Shown here: piece after piece, positions 9,445-18,381 of the stretch
Position numbering within the stretch: the first letter of the stretch is position 1
Layout of the letters: every line of letters begins with the position of its first letter
Origin: Alloprevotella sp.
Lineage (GTDB): Bacteria > Bacteroidota > Bacteroidia > Bacteroidales > Bacteroidaceae
DNA: 32,919 bases
Direction of reading: 5' to 3'
Assembly: GCA_015259235.1 (NCBI GenBank)
Contig: JABZGM010000001.1
Span: forward strand, 1-32,919
Position numbers and translations under genes: made by a program
The notes under the pieces: model-generated
The model's database searches: none
What the model was told of the DNA's origin: nothing
The model's input: only the letters and a program-made list of their open reading frames with translations

Positions 9445-10506
9445 ATGAAACATATAACGCTTTTCTTCTCTTTCGTCGCACTGTTGGGATGTGCTGTGAG
9501 TTGTGGTTCTGACGAGAATCTCGAAGTTCCTGCTCCTGCTGTGGAAGTGCTCAAAGCGGAGACTTTCTTCCCTGTGTTGGGTGGAGAAAAACAAGTTGTT
9601 GTGGCGCAAACGCCTGCACAAGCCTACGCACTCAACGACTGGCTCAAAGTCACCAAAAGCGATAAGACGATAAAACTCAGTACGTCGTTCAACAACACGC
9701 CTCAATCGCGCAACACGCTCTTGGTGCTCAAGAACGATAAGGGCGACTCTACCAACATCAACGTGATGCAGGAGGGTGTGAACTTCGGTCTTCCCCAAGA
9801 AAAGGCTTACTATGGCGGCGACGAGAGTTACAAAACGACGATTCCCGTGACAGCGAATGTAGAGGTAAAATATTCTTCTACTGCCGACTGGCTCACAGTA
9901 GTGCACGAGGGCGATCAACTCAAAGTGCAAGCGGAGGTGAACAAAACTCGACGCGCGCGTGTGGCTTACGTGAAGGCGGAAGCACTGGGACTGCAAGACT
10001 CCATCGTCTTTGTGCAGGCTTCTATCAATGATGTAGCGGGAAAATATACACAACACGCTCTACGTTTGAAAGACAGTGTGATGGTAGAAACCACCAACGA
10101 GGTAGAAATTGTGCCTATCACTTCAGCAAAAGCGCACTTTATCATCGACAAAATCTATAAGTGGGAGATTGATTTCACGCCTGGTAAGGGTTTTGTCTTG
10201 TCGAATGGTAAAATTCTTCGCGAGGAGAAAGATCCCCAAAAGGGTACTCCTATCTACATAGAAACTGCGCTTGCCGTAGACAATTTCAACTACAAATCGC
10301 AAACTTACATTATGGGTACGCGCGACTTGCTCGACTTGCGCGTGGGTGCAAACGGTGAGTTGTACTTCCAACAACACGAAAAACTGGATGACACTCGCAA
10401 CTGGGCTTCTTATCTCCTTGCGCGTTTCAGTACTAAAACTCCCGACCGTGGTTCTTTCCAAGGCATCTTGACGGAGTTCATCCAACCTCGATTGGTACGC
10501 AAGTAA
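9445..10506 (+). CDS. BACON-domain surface lipoprotein
   Basis: ATG at 9445 gives a lipoprotein signal (AVSC-GSDEN); two BACON-like repeats (DWLKVT...N..PQSR...VMQEG and DWLTV...N.TRRAR...FVQA). Confidence 0.75.
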   Translation: MKHITLFFSFVALLGCAVSCGSDENLEVPAPAVEVLKAETFFPVLGGEKQVVVAQTPAQAYALNDWLKVTKSDKTIKLSTSFNNTPQSRNTLLVLKNDKGDSTNINVMQEGVNFGLPQEKAYYGGDESYKTTIPVTANVEVKYSSTADWLTVVHEGDQLKVQAEVNKTRRARVAYVKAEALGLQDSIVFVQASINDVAGKYTQHALRLKDSVMVETTNEVEIVPITSAKAHFIIDKIYKWEIDFTPGKGFVLSNGKILREEKDPQKGTPIYIETALAVDNFNYKSQTYIMGTRDLLDLRVGANGELYFQQHEKLDDTRNWASYLLARFSTKTPDRGSFQGILTEFIQPRLVRK

Positions 10507-10528
10507 AAGTCACACAGACTTCATATTT

Positions 10529-10573
10529 GGAGGTGTTGCAAAACTCGTTTTTGCAGCACCTCCTTTTGTTTTT
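10529..10573 (+). terminator. Rho-independent terminator of the first Sus operon
   Basis: Stem GGAGGTGTTGCAAAA / TTTTGCAGCACCTCC followed by TTTTGTTTTT. Confidence 0.88.
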
Positions 10574-10578
10574 ACCCC

Positions 10579-10737
10579 CAATCGATCATTAGATGGATAG
10601 TACAGAATCTAAAGACCGATTGCGGTTTAGGGAAAGCCTTGTGAAAGGAAAAATATGTTGGGTTGGCATTTGCCGTGAAAGTAGATCACGCCAAATCGGT
10701 CATTAGATCGTTATCATACAGAATCTGATGAGCGATT
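10579..10737. repeat. Two copies (10579-10622 and 10694-10737) of a ~44-bp imperfect palindrome, REP-like
   Basis: Copy 1: CAATCGATCATTAGAT-N12-ATCTAAAGACCGATTG. Copy 2: AATCGGTCATTAGAT-N14-ATCTGATGAGCGATT. Both loops end in TACAGA. Confidence 0.75.
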
Positions 10738-10961
10738 GGGGATAATTAGGGGAACTCGCCTTTTGCCGAGCGTGCAGACTTGGAGGCAGCCCCCTATCAG
10801 TATATGGGAGGAAAAGTGCCCAAAGAGAGAAAAAATCGTAGAAAACTGCATTTTTCCCTTTACAGACAGCCCTTTCTGCAATATACAGATGGCAATAGAA
10901 AAGCATTTCGTATTATCACCCTCCGAGGACAATCACGCGCCTTCGGTTAAGGCGATTTTCT

Positions 10962-11242
10962 CGTACGCGCGTGACGCACGCGCGCATTCCCTGGCAATTC
11001 CGACTTTTTGCTTTCACAACCTTCACCATATCCTTCGTTTTTTGGGAAAAATGTAGGGCAAAAGGGCGTCTTTCGCAAGGGACGAAATAAGGCAAAATCT
11101 GCGTGACAATTCGTCTTTTGTTAAAATACGTCCGAAAAACTCTCGTTATCCACTGACAGACAAGATGTTACAAGAAAAACGGTGAAGGTTGTGAAAGCAA
11201 AAAGTGCAAAATCTCTGTAGTGCGCGTGCGCGCGCACGCGTG
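10962..11242. repeat. Inverted-repeat-bounded non-coding element (MITE/REP-like)
   Basis: Perfect 25-bp inverted repeat ACTTTTTGCTTTCACAACCTTCACC (11003-11027 / 11181-11205) around a 153-bp spacer, each arm flanked outside by a CG-rich alternating purine-pyrimidine tract. Confidence 0.85.
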
Positions 11243-11343
11243 AGGAGGGGTCTTAAAACTCTTTTTAACAATGGAGATTTTCTCACATTGGAAGGATGGG
11301 AAGGAGTTGGATGACGATGCTATAATCTCTACGACACGTCCTA

Positions 11344-11427
11344 AAAAATCTCCCACGTTCTTGGAAATATCTCCAACGTTTTTGGAAAAATCTCCTACGT
11401 TTTTCGGAAAATCTCCAACGTTTTTGG
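11344..11427 (+). repeat. 21-bp tandem repeat x4 (consensus AAAAATCTCCMACGTTTTTGG)
   Basis: Units start at 11344, 11365, 11386 and 11407; the same family occurs inverted at 25353-25457. Confidence 0.92.
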
Positions 11428-11537
11428 GGAGGAAAGTACCCACTGTTTTTTACATTCTACTAGAGCTTGAGCAAGGGGGACGAATGTTCCCACATAAATT
11501 CTAGGGACAATCCTATTCCTATTGCCTGAGAAATGCG

Positions 11538-11545
11538 TAACTTTG
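11538..11545 (+). promoter_or_regulatory. Bacteroidota -7 element (TAACTTTG) for metG
   Basis: TAnnTTTG ending 18 bp before the metG ATG. Confidence 0.65.
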
Positions 11546-11563
11546 TAGCAAATATACTTGACA

Positions 11564-13606
11564 ATGAATAATAAGACTTTCAATAGAACTCTCGTCACTG
11601 CTGCCCTTCCCTATGCCAACGGCGGTGTACACATCGGTCACTTGGCTGGTGTTTACGTTCCTTCCGACATCTACGTGCGCTATCTCCGTTTGCGCAAGCA
11701 AGAAGTGCTCTTCGTCTGTGGCTCTGACGAACACGGGGTCCCCGTGACCATCCGTGCACGCAAAGAAGGTTGCACGGTGCAAGAAGTGGTAGACCGCTAT
11801 CACCAACTCATCAAACAGTCGTTTGAAGATTTTGGTATCTCCTTCGACATCTATTCGCGCACCACGAGCGACACTCACAAGAAAGTGGCTTCCGACTTTT
11901 TCCGCACCCTCTACGACAAAGGGGAGTTTCTGGAACGCGAATCGGAACAATACTACGACGAAGAAGCCAAAACCTTCCTCGCCGACCGCTACATCACCGG
12001 TGAGTGTCCGCACTGCCACAACCCAAATGCCTATGGCGACCAATGCGAAAAGTGTGGTAAAGACCTCTCTCCCACCGAACTCATCAACCCCGAATCAAAG
12101 GTTTCTGGTTCTAAACCCGTTTTGCGCAAGACCAAGCACTGGTATCTCCCTCTCGACAAGCACCAAGAGTGGCTCGGACCTTGGATTGCTAGTCACCCCG
12201 AATGGCGTCCCAACGTGAGCGGACAATGCAAGAGTTGGCTCGACATGGGTTTGCAACCTCGTGCCGTGAGCCGCGACCTCGATTGGGGTATCCCTGTTCC
12301 TGTGGAAGGCGCAGAAGGAAAAGTGCTCTATGTGTGGTTTGATGCTCCCATCGGCTACATCTCCAACACCAAAGAACTCCTCCCCGACACTTGGGAAAAA
12401 TGGTGGAAGTCAGAAGACACCCGACTTCTCCATTTCATTGGCAAGGACAACATCGTGTTCCACTGCATCGTCTTTCCAGCTATGCTCAAGGCGGAAGGCT
12501 CCTACATCCTTCCCGATAACGTGCCTTCCAACGAATTTCTCAACTTGGAAGACGACAAAATCTCCACTTCGCGCAACTGGGCAGTGTGGTTGCACGAATA
12601 TCTCCAAGATTTCCCTGGCAAACAAGACGTGTTGCGCTATGTGCTCACGGCAAATGCACCTGAAACGAAGGACAACAATTTCACGTGGGCAGATTTCCAA
12701 GCGCGCAACAACAACGAACTCGTGGCTGTCTATGGCAACTTCGTGAATCGTGCCCTCCAACTCACGCAGAAGTACTACGAAGGCGAAGTACCAGCTTGTG
12801 GAGAACTCACAGAGAGCGACCGAGCCACCATCGAAGAATTCCGCGGTGTGAAGGCTGAAGTGGAGCGTTTGCTTGACACTTTCCGCTTCCGCGATGCCCA
12901 AAAGGAGGCGATGAACTTGGCGCGCATTGGCAACAAATATCTCGCTGATGCCGAACCTTGGAAGGTCATCAAAACGGATCCCGAACGCGTGAAGACAATT
13001 CTCTACGTGTCGTTGCAACTTGTGGCAAATCTCGCCATTGCTTTCGAGCCCTTCCTCCCCAATAGTTCAGCGAAACTCCGTGAGATGCTCGCTAATCCCG
13101 AACTCACGTGGGACCAACTCGGACAAACCGACTTGCTCGCTGCGGGCACTGTGCTCCCCAAGCCTGAATTGCTCTTTGAGAAAATCGAGGACGAAACCAT
13201 TCAAGCGCAACTCGACAAACTGGCTGCCATCAAAAAGCAGAATGAGCAAGAGAACCATCGCGCCAACGACGTCAAACCCACGATTGCTTTTGAAGACTTT
13301 GAAAAGTTGGACATCCGCGTGGGCACGGTGACGGCTTGCGAACGTGTGCCCAAGATGAAGAAGCTCCTCCGTTTCGACATCGCAGACGGACTCGAAAATC
13401 GCGTCATCGTTTCTGGTATCGCACAACACTACGAACCCGAGGAATTAGTGGGAAAACAAGTGTGCTTCATTGCAAACTTAGCACCTCGCACCTTCAAAAA
13501 TGGTCTCACCAGTGAAGGAATGATTCTCTCTGCCCTCAACGCTGATGGCACTCTGGCGGTGATTTGTCCGGAGAAAAACGTACTCCCAGGTTCAGAAGTA
13601 GGTTAA
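11564..13606 (+). CDS. metG: Methionine--tRNA ligase
   Basis: [13 protein letters not shown] (HIGH), zinc knuckle CPHC...[30 protein letters not shown] (KMSKS equivalent), C-terminal OB-fold tRNA-binding domain. ATG at 11564 preferred to TTG at 11558. Confidence 0.98.
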   Translation: MNNKTFNRTLVTAALPYANGGVHIGHLAGVYVPSDIYVRYLRLRKQEVLFVCGSDEHGVPVTIRARKEGCTVQEVVDRYHQLIKQSFEDFGISFDIYSRTTSDTHKKVASDFFRTLYDKGEFLERESEQYYDEEAKTFLADRYITGECPHCHNPNAYGDQCEKCGKDLSPTELINPESKVSGSKPVLRKTKHWYLPLDKHQEWLGPWIASHPEWRPNVSGQCKSWLDMGLQPRAVSRDLDWGIPVPVEGAEGKVLYVWFDAPIGYISNTKELLPDTWEKWWKSEDTRLLHFIGKDNIVFHCIVFPAMLKAEGSYILPDNVPSNEFLNLEDDKISTSRNWAVWLHEYLQDFPGKQDVLRYVLTANAPETKDNNFTWADFQARNNNELVAVYGNFVNRALQLTQKYYEGEVPACGELTESDRATIEEFRGVKAEVERLLDTFRFRDAQKEAMNLARIGNKYLADAEPWKVIKTDPERVKTILYVSLQLVANLAIAFEPFLPNSSAKLREMLANPELTWDQLGQTDLLAAGTVLPKPELLFEKIEDETIQAQLDKLAAIKKQNEQENHRANDVKPTIAFEDFEKLDIRVGTVTACERVPKMKKLLRFDIADGLENRVIVSGIAQHYEPEELVGKQVCFIANLAPRTFKNGLTSEGMILSALNADGTLAVICPEKNVLPGSEVG

Positions 13607-13665
13607 TTTACACCGCTTCAACAACACCCACAAAGCACTGTTATACAAAGACTTAACCTACACAT

Positions 13666-13701
13666 ATAGTTTTTCTCTATATCTAGATAAATCTCATCTG
13701 T
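13666..13701 (+). promoter_or_regulatory. Putative OxyR binding site
   Basis: ATAG-N7-CTAT (13666-13680), then N6 and ATAA-N7-CTGT, abutting the -33 box of ahpC; ahpCF is an established OxyR target. Confidence 0.7.
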
Positions 13702-13731
13702 TTGTTGGCTAAATTATAGTCCGTACTTTTG
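13701..13731 (+). promoter_or_regulatory. ahpCF promoter (-33 TTTG, 19-bp spacer, -7 TACTTTTG)
   Basis: TTTG at 13701-13704 and TACTTTTG at 13724-13731: full Bacteroidota consensus and spacing. Confidence 0.8.
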
Positions 13732-13909
13732 CATTGTCAAAAAGCGAGATTCCCACTCATCAGGGATTCGCTTATCGACGATGGCCATTAGCCAACACAG
13801 ACATAACGAACTATTTCTAAGGCATTAGCTCAGTTGTCCGAGATCGACACTCGACCACTGAGACTGCCTTTAAGAAACTCCGATTAAAACGAACAAAAAC
13901 AAATACAAT

Positions 13910-14476
13910 ATGCAACCAATCATCAACGCACAAGCACCCGAATTCAAGGTAGAAGCCTACCACAATGGTGAGTTCAAGACCATCAGCAGCGCAGATCTCG
14001 CTGGCAAGTGGAACATTTTCTTCTTCTATCCCGCAGACTTCACTTTCGTTTGCCCCACAGAACTCGTTGACCTCGCTGAACAATACAGCAAGCTCCAAGA
14101 AATGGGCGTAGAAGTGTACTCAGTAAGCACTGACACTCACTTCACTCACAAGGCTTGGCACGACGCTTCTGACAGCATCAAGAAGATCAAGTATCCCATG
14201 CTTGCTGACCACACTGGCGTAATCTCTCGTGGCTTTGGTGTCCTCAACGAAGAAGATGGTTTGGCATACCGCGGTACGTTCTTGGTTTGCCCCGAAGGCT
14301 TCATCAAGATTGCTGAAATCCAAGACAACAGCATCGGTCGTAACGCAGAAGAACTCGTTCGCAAGGTAGAAGCTGCGCTCTACGTGGCTAGCCACGACGG
14401 TGAAGTTTGCCCTGCGAAGTGGAAGAAAGATGCTGAGACTCTCAAACCCAGCATCGACCTTGTAGGCAAGATCTAA
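13910..14476 (+). CDS. ahpC: Alkyl hydroperoxide reductase subunit C (2-Cys peroxiredoxin)
   Basis: FFYPADFTFVCPTEL and GEVCPAKW motifs; 188 aa; ends LVGKI. Confidence 0.98.
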   Translation: MQPIINAQAPEFKVEAYHNGEFKTISSADLAGKWNIFFFYPADFTFVCPTELVDLAEQYSKLQEMGVEVYSVSTDTHFTHKAWHDASDSIKKIKYPMLADHTGVISRGFGVLNEEDGLAYRGTFLVCPEGFIKIAEIQDNSIGRNAEELVRKVEAALYVASHDGEVCPAKWKKDAETLKPSIDLVGKI

Positions 14477-14513
14477 TATATAGAGATTCATACGTTAATA
14501 GGTTTTCATTGAT

Positions 14514-14563
14514 GGGTGTGGCATTGTTCAGGGCTTGAACTTTTTGGATGCCACACCCTTTTT
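14514..14563 (+). terminator. Intercistronic stem-loop / partial terminator between ahpC and ahpF
   Basis: 11-bp stem GGGTGTGGCAT / ATGCCACACCC with an inner GTTCA/TGAAC hairpin, followed by TTTTT. Confidence 0.75.
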
Positions 14564-14602
14564 CTATTTTCACTTACACATTTATCTTATCCACCCAATA
14601 TT

Positions 14603-16159
14603 ATGATCGAACAAAATCTTATCCAGCAAGTAAAAGGTATTTACACTGCTTTGGAATCTCAATATGTTTTGCGTCTTGAAGCTGATCCTGCTCACGAGAG
14701 CTTTGCTGAATTCAAAGAATTTTTCAACGACTTTGCTTCTACCTCCGACCACATTGCCGTCGAAGTCGTAGAAACTCCCGGAACTCTCCGTATGGTGTTG
14801 GTGAAAGACGGCAAAGACACAGGTGTCATTTTCCGTTGCATCCCTGGTGGACACGAGTTCACCTCTCTCCTCCTCGCAGTGTACAACGCTGACGGCAAAG
14901 GAAAGGCCCTCCCCGACGAAGCCATTTCCCGCCGCATCAAAGCTCTCAAAGGTCCCATCCACCTCACGACCTATGTTTCACTCTCTTGCACCAACTGCCC
15001 AGACGTAGTGCAAGCCCTCAATGTCATGGCTTTGCTCCACGGCAACTTCACCCACGAAATTGTGGATGGCGCACTCTTCCAGGCTGAAGCTGACGCCCTC
15101 CACTTGCAAGGCGTGCCTGCTGTGATGCACGAAGGCAAATTGGTGCATGGCGGTCGTGGCGAAATGGCAGGTCTCTTGGACGAACTCGAAGAAAAGTTTG
15201 GCACAGAGACTGCTAATCTCGAAGCTATCCGTCGCAACTACGATGTAGTGGTGATCGGTGGCGGTCCTGCCGGTAGTGCTGCAGCCATCTATTCTGCGCG
15301 CAAGGGCTTGAATGTGGCGATTGTAGCAGAACGTATCGGCGGACAAGTGAAAGACACCGTAGGCATCGAAAACTTGATTTCTGTGCCACAAACTACAGGT
15401 GCAGAACTTGCCTCCAATCTCGGCAAGCATATCGGTGCTTATCCCATCGATGTGTTTGAAAACCGCAAAATCGAAAGCGCAGCACTCCACGGATGTCCCA
15501 AAGAAATCAGCGTGAAAGGTGGAGAAACCTTTGTGGCTGGTGCTGTCATCATCGCCACTGGTGCAAGTTGGCGCAAACTCGGTGTGGAAGGTGAAGCCGA
15601 CTATCTCGGTCGCGGTGTGCACTTCTGCCCTCACTGCGATGGTCCTTTCTACAAAGGCAAGCGCGTTGCCGTCATTGGTGGTGGCAACTCTGGCATCGAA
15701 GCTGCTCTTGACTTGGCAGGCATTTGCAGCCACGTCACTGTGTTGGAATTTGCTGACAAACTCCTTGCTGACAATGTGCTTCAAGAAAAGGCTCGCGCCA
15801 CTGAAAACATTGAGATTTTCACAATGTCGCAAACCACTGCTGTGCTTGGCGATGGTCAGAAAGTCACTGGTCTTCGCGTGAAAAACCGCAACACGGAACA
15901 AGAACGCGAGATTTCTCTCGATGGTATCTTCGTGCAAATTGGTCTTGCTCCCAACACACAAGCCTTTGCCGATCAACTAGAACTTTCTCCCCGTCGTGAA
16001 ATCCAAGTGGATCGCACCTGCCGTACTTCAGTTTCTGGTGTATATGCTGCTGGCGACTGCACCGATGTTCCCTACAAACAAATCGTTGTGGCGATTGGCG
16101 AAGGTGCAAAGGCTTCTCTCTCCGCATTTGATGACCGCGTGCGTGGTGTGATTAGCTAA
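14603..16159 (+). CDS. ahpF: Alkyl hydroperoxide reductase subunit F
   Basis: [11 protein letters not shown]-terminal CTNC, FAD motif GGGPAG, CPHCDGP, GGGNSG and AAGDCT; ATG at 14603 preferred (518 aa). Confidence 0.97.
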   Translation: MIEQNLIQQVKGIYTALESQYVLRLEADPAHESFAEFKEFFNDFASTSDHIAVEVVETPGTLRMVLVKDGKDTGVIFRCIPGGHEFTSLLLAVYNADGKGKALPDEAISRRIKALKGPIHLTTYVSLSCTNCPDVVQALNVMALLHGNFTHEIVDGALFQAEADALHLQGVPAVMHEGKLVHGGRGEMAGLLDELEEKFGTETANLEAIRRNYDVVVIGGGPAGSAAAIYSARKGLNVAIVAERIGGQVKDTVGIENLISVPQTTGAELASNLGKHIGAYPIDVFENRKIESAALHGCPKEISVKGGETFVAGAVIIATGASWRKLGVEGEADYLGRGVHFCPHCDGPFYKGKRVAVIGGGNSGIEAALDLAGICSHVTVLEFADKLLADNVLQEKARATENIEIFTMSQTTAVLGDGQKVTGLRVKNRNTEQEREISLDGIFVQIGLAPNTQAFADQLELSPRREIQVDRTCRTSVSGVYAAGDCTDVPYKQIVVAIGEGAKASLSAFDDRVRGVIS

Positions 16160-16220
16160 GCTGATTCCCACAAACTCAAAGCTGTGACAAGTATTATGTC
16201 ACATCACCCCCAACAATAAT

Positions 16221-16262
16221 AAACGCCATCTGGACTCTTCCGAATCCAGATGGCGTTTTTTT
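16221..16262 (+). terminator. Terminator between convergent ahpF and LRR gene (possibly bidirectional)
   Basis: 14-bp stem AAACGCCATCTGGA / TCCAGATGGCGTTT with a T run on + and an A-rich 5' flank. Confidence 0.88.
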
Positions 16263-16306
16263 GTTTGTTTATTGCCACTCGCTATGGGCGAACAGCAGAA
16301 AAATGC

Positions 16307-17206
16307 TTAGGGAACGAGGACTTTCACGGTAGTACCGTTGGAGTAGCGCACCACATTCACGCCCTTAGTAGGAGCTGAAAGGCGGCGACCTTGGAGGTCA
16401 AAGCGTGCCACTTCCTTCACATCGTTAGAGAGCGTTACAGTCTTCACACCAGTCACGATGGCTGTTTCAGGCTTAATTTTACCTTCAAAGGCAGCTTTAT
16501 AAGCCTCTAGAGCCTCAGCAGGAACGACAATTTTAGTGAGCTTAGGGCAATTATTGAACAACGCAGCAGGGACATTCGCAGGAACAGTGGTGCCAGTGAA
16601 CACCACAGTGGTGAGTTTTGCACAGTTGTCGAACACCTTGTCCTCGAGACCACTCAAAGCAGATGGGAGAACAACTTCTTTAAGGTTTGTATTTGCAAAC
16701 GCATATTGGCGAATGGTCTTCACCGTGTTGGGAATCACCACTTCGGTGAGTCCTGAATACTGGAAAGCATAACCAGAAATAACAGTGGTATTCTCAGGAA
16801 GAATCACTTTCTTGAGGGGCTCGCAGCGATAGAAGAGCCTCACACCGATTTCGTTGTCAGCACTGGGACCATAGTAACGTGAGTAGAAACCAACTTTTTC
16901 ATTGAAATAGTTCTTACCAGACTCTTGTTTGATGAGTGCCTTTGAGAGATCGAGGGTAGAAGTCACGCCTTCAGATTCAGCACCAGAGAAGTCGCGGCCA
17001 CACATCTCACGCACGAGCTTGAGGTCTTCGCCATTGATAGGACCTGCCACGGTGAGTGCTTTTGTGTTATAGCGATTCGCTTCAGGAATGAGCGAAGCGA
17101 GTTCGCCAGTCTTGGTGGTGGTCACTGACTTCTGAGCGAAGGTAGCAGCAGACACCAAAGCAACGGCTGCCAAAGCACAGCCACGAAAAAGAGTAGAGAT
17201 TTGCAT
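16307..17206 (-). CDS. BspA-like leucine-rich-repeat (LRR_5) surface protein with Prevotella-type T9SS C-terminal domain
   Basis: SPI signal (ATFA-Q); TpLRR repeats such as LTEVVIPNTVKTIRQYAF; tail EVARFDLQGRRLSAPTKGVNVVRYSNGTTVKVLV. Confidence 0.88.
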   Translation of the reverse strand: MQISTLFRGCALAAVALVSAATFAQKSVTTTKTGELASLIPEANRYNTKALTVAGPINGEDLKLVREMCGRDFSGAESEGVTSTLDLSKALIKQESGKNYFNEKVGFYSRYYGPSADNEIGVRLFYRCEPLKKVILPENTTVISGYAFQYSGLTEVVIPNTVKTIRQYAFANTNLKEVVLPSALSGLEDKVFDNCAKLTTVVFTGTTVPANVPAALFNNCPKLTKIVVPAEALEAYKAAFEGKIKPETAIVTGVKTVTLSNDVKEVARFDLQGRRLSAPTKGVNVVRYSNGTTVKVLVP

Positions 17207-17250
17207 GTTGTTGATTGTTTTGTGATAAATAAAAGTTGGATTTCATCCTT

Positions 17251-17313
17251 CGTTTTCTCGCCATGGCATAACTCGAGCAAGCTCGGTTCTGCTCATTTGG
17301 CTTAACGAAAACG
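17251..17313. repeat. Nested imperfect palindrome (REP-like or structured leader)
   Basis: Outer CGTTTTC/GAAAACG, middle GCCA/TGGC, inner GCATAACTCGAGC-AA-GCTCGGTTCTGC. Confidence 0.55.
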
Positions 17314-17387
17314 TTGATATATAGGAAATTCTCAAGTGGTTGTTGCGCTCATTAGCATCTATGAGGGAACAACCAGCGATGAAAACT

Positions 17388-18335
17388 CTAACGAGTTTCA
17401 AAAGGAAGGACGAGTTTGTGCCCTTTTCCACGGAGCACCACATAGCGTTGGCGCACTTCTTCCACAATGAGCGTGTGCTGACCTTCGGTGAGTCCGCTAT
17501 TGCGAAACTCATCGGGATAGCGCATAGTGTAGTTGAGGGAAAGATGTTGTCCCACTTTGGGATTGACGATAGCAGGGGTCACTTGGAGCGAGCGCAGAGC
17601 ACCATAAGGCTGCGCATTATTGTTGAGCCACACGCCTACACCTTTGCGATGCACCACTGAAAGGGTGTTCATTTGGCGGAAGATACTGCGAGAAGTCGTG
17701 CCGTAGATGCCAGGACGATTCACCTCTCCCTCACAGCGCACCACGACTTTCAACAATGTGGGCTTTCCCTCGGGAGGAACGATTTTCACCTGTGCCTCAC
17801 CTTCATAGCGAGCATCCACCTCTAATATATTAGTTTTGGCATTCCATTTCGTAGTAATCGCTCCTTCGGGGTCTAAGACTTCGAGGTCAGCATATTTTCC
17901 ACCACCGTTCACACTGATAAATCGGCTTTCATCACGTGGAAATAGCCTTACTTCTTGATGGCTCACACTCACTTCGCGATCCTCCACGTGGAGGGCGATG
18001 CGACGTGTTTCATCGCCCGAATGGATGGTGGCGACTGTCTTTCCTGTGAGTTGACCTGTGATGCGGAGGGTGTCTTCATTGATGGCGACTTTTGCCAAAG
18101 TACCGTCTGCCACATAGGCTGCATATTTGCCCGTACCGCCACTGAGCAACACGATGCGCGTGGCTTCGGGAGAAATGGTCAAAGTGTCGGAGTCTGTGGC
18201 ACCCACACGGATGGGAGTTTGCGGCACTTCCTTGTCGTCACATGCCACAACAGACAGCAAGCAACAAAGCACTGCTCCGCACCAGAATGGAAGACGAAAC
18301 CAGGAATGTCGAAGAGAGAAAAAGAGGTATTGCAT
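17388..18335 (-). CDS. Hypothetical lipoprotein with Ig-like beta-sandwich repeats
   Basis: ATG at 18335 (MQYLFF...) precedes lipobox VVAC-DDKE; two repeats with GG.GKY and G.T.ATI-like patterns typical of bacterial Ig-like domains. Confidence 0.7.
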   Translation of the reverse strand: MQYLFFSLRHSWFRLPFWCGAVLCCLLSVVACDDKEVPQTPIRVGATDSDTLTISPEATRIVLLSGGTGKYAAYVADGTLAKVAINEDTLRITGQLTGKTVATIHSGDETRRIALHVEDREVSVSHQEVRLFPRDESRFISVNGGGKYADLEVLDPEGAITTKWNAKTNILEVDARYEGEAQVKIVPPEGKPTLLKVVVRCEGEVNRPGIYGTTSRSIFRQMNTLSVVHRKGVGVWLNNNAQPYGALRSLQVTPAIVNPKVGQHLSLNYTMRYPDEFRNSGLTEGQHTLIVEEVRQRYVVLRGKGHKLVLPFETR

Positions 18336-18381
18336 TTGCAAAAGAATAATCTGAATTGATGAAAATAGGAGGCAAGGAAGT

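Noticed and set aside
8140..10056. 638-aa - strand ORF
   Set aside because: Lies wholly antisense to two well-supported lipoprotein genes and has no recognisable motifs; a codon-bias shadow ORF, like the long antisense frames over susC, metG and ahpF.
10736..11056. 106-aa ORF or a Met-related riboswitch/T-box upstream of metG
   Set aside because: The ORF runs through repeat DNA. No T-box or SAM consensus is visible, and metG has a -7 box only 18 bp upstream of its ATG. A weak TAGGGG/CCCCTA pairing (10747-10796) is not enough to call an RNA.
11168..11504. Short ORFs with KNVGDF / KSPTF repeats (also 24671-25515)
   Set aside because: Translations of the 21-bp DNA repeat, open on both strands because the unit is a multiple of 3; no independent evidence of coding.
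14516..14602. Extended N-termini in the ORF track (ahpF 14516; also 9412, 18401, 19644, 28996, 31366)
   Set aside because: They begin at alternative or upstream codons inside hairpins, repeats or neighbouring genes; downstream ATGs give normal lengths and signal peptides.
16183..16203. TGTGACA-N7-TGTCACA palindrome resembling a CRP site
   Set aside because: The spacing is TGTGA-N11-TCACA, not N6, and it lies between convergent gene ends; more likely a minor 3' hairpin.
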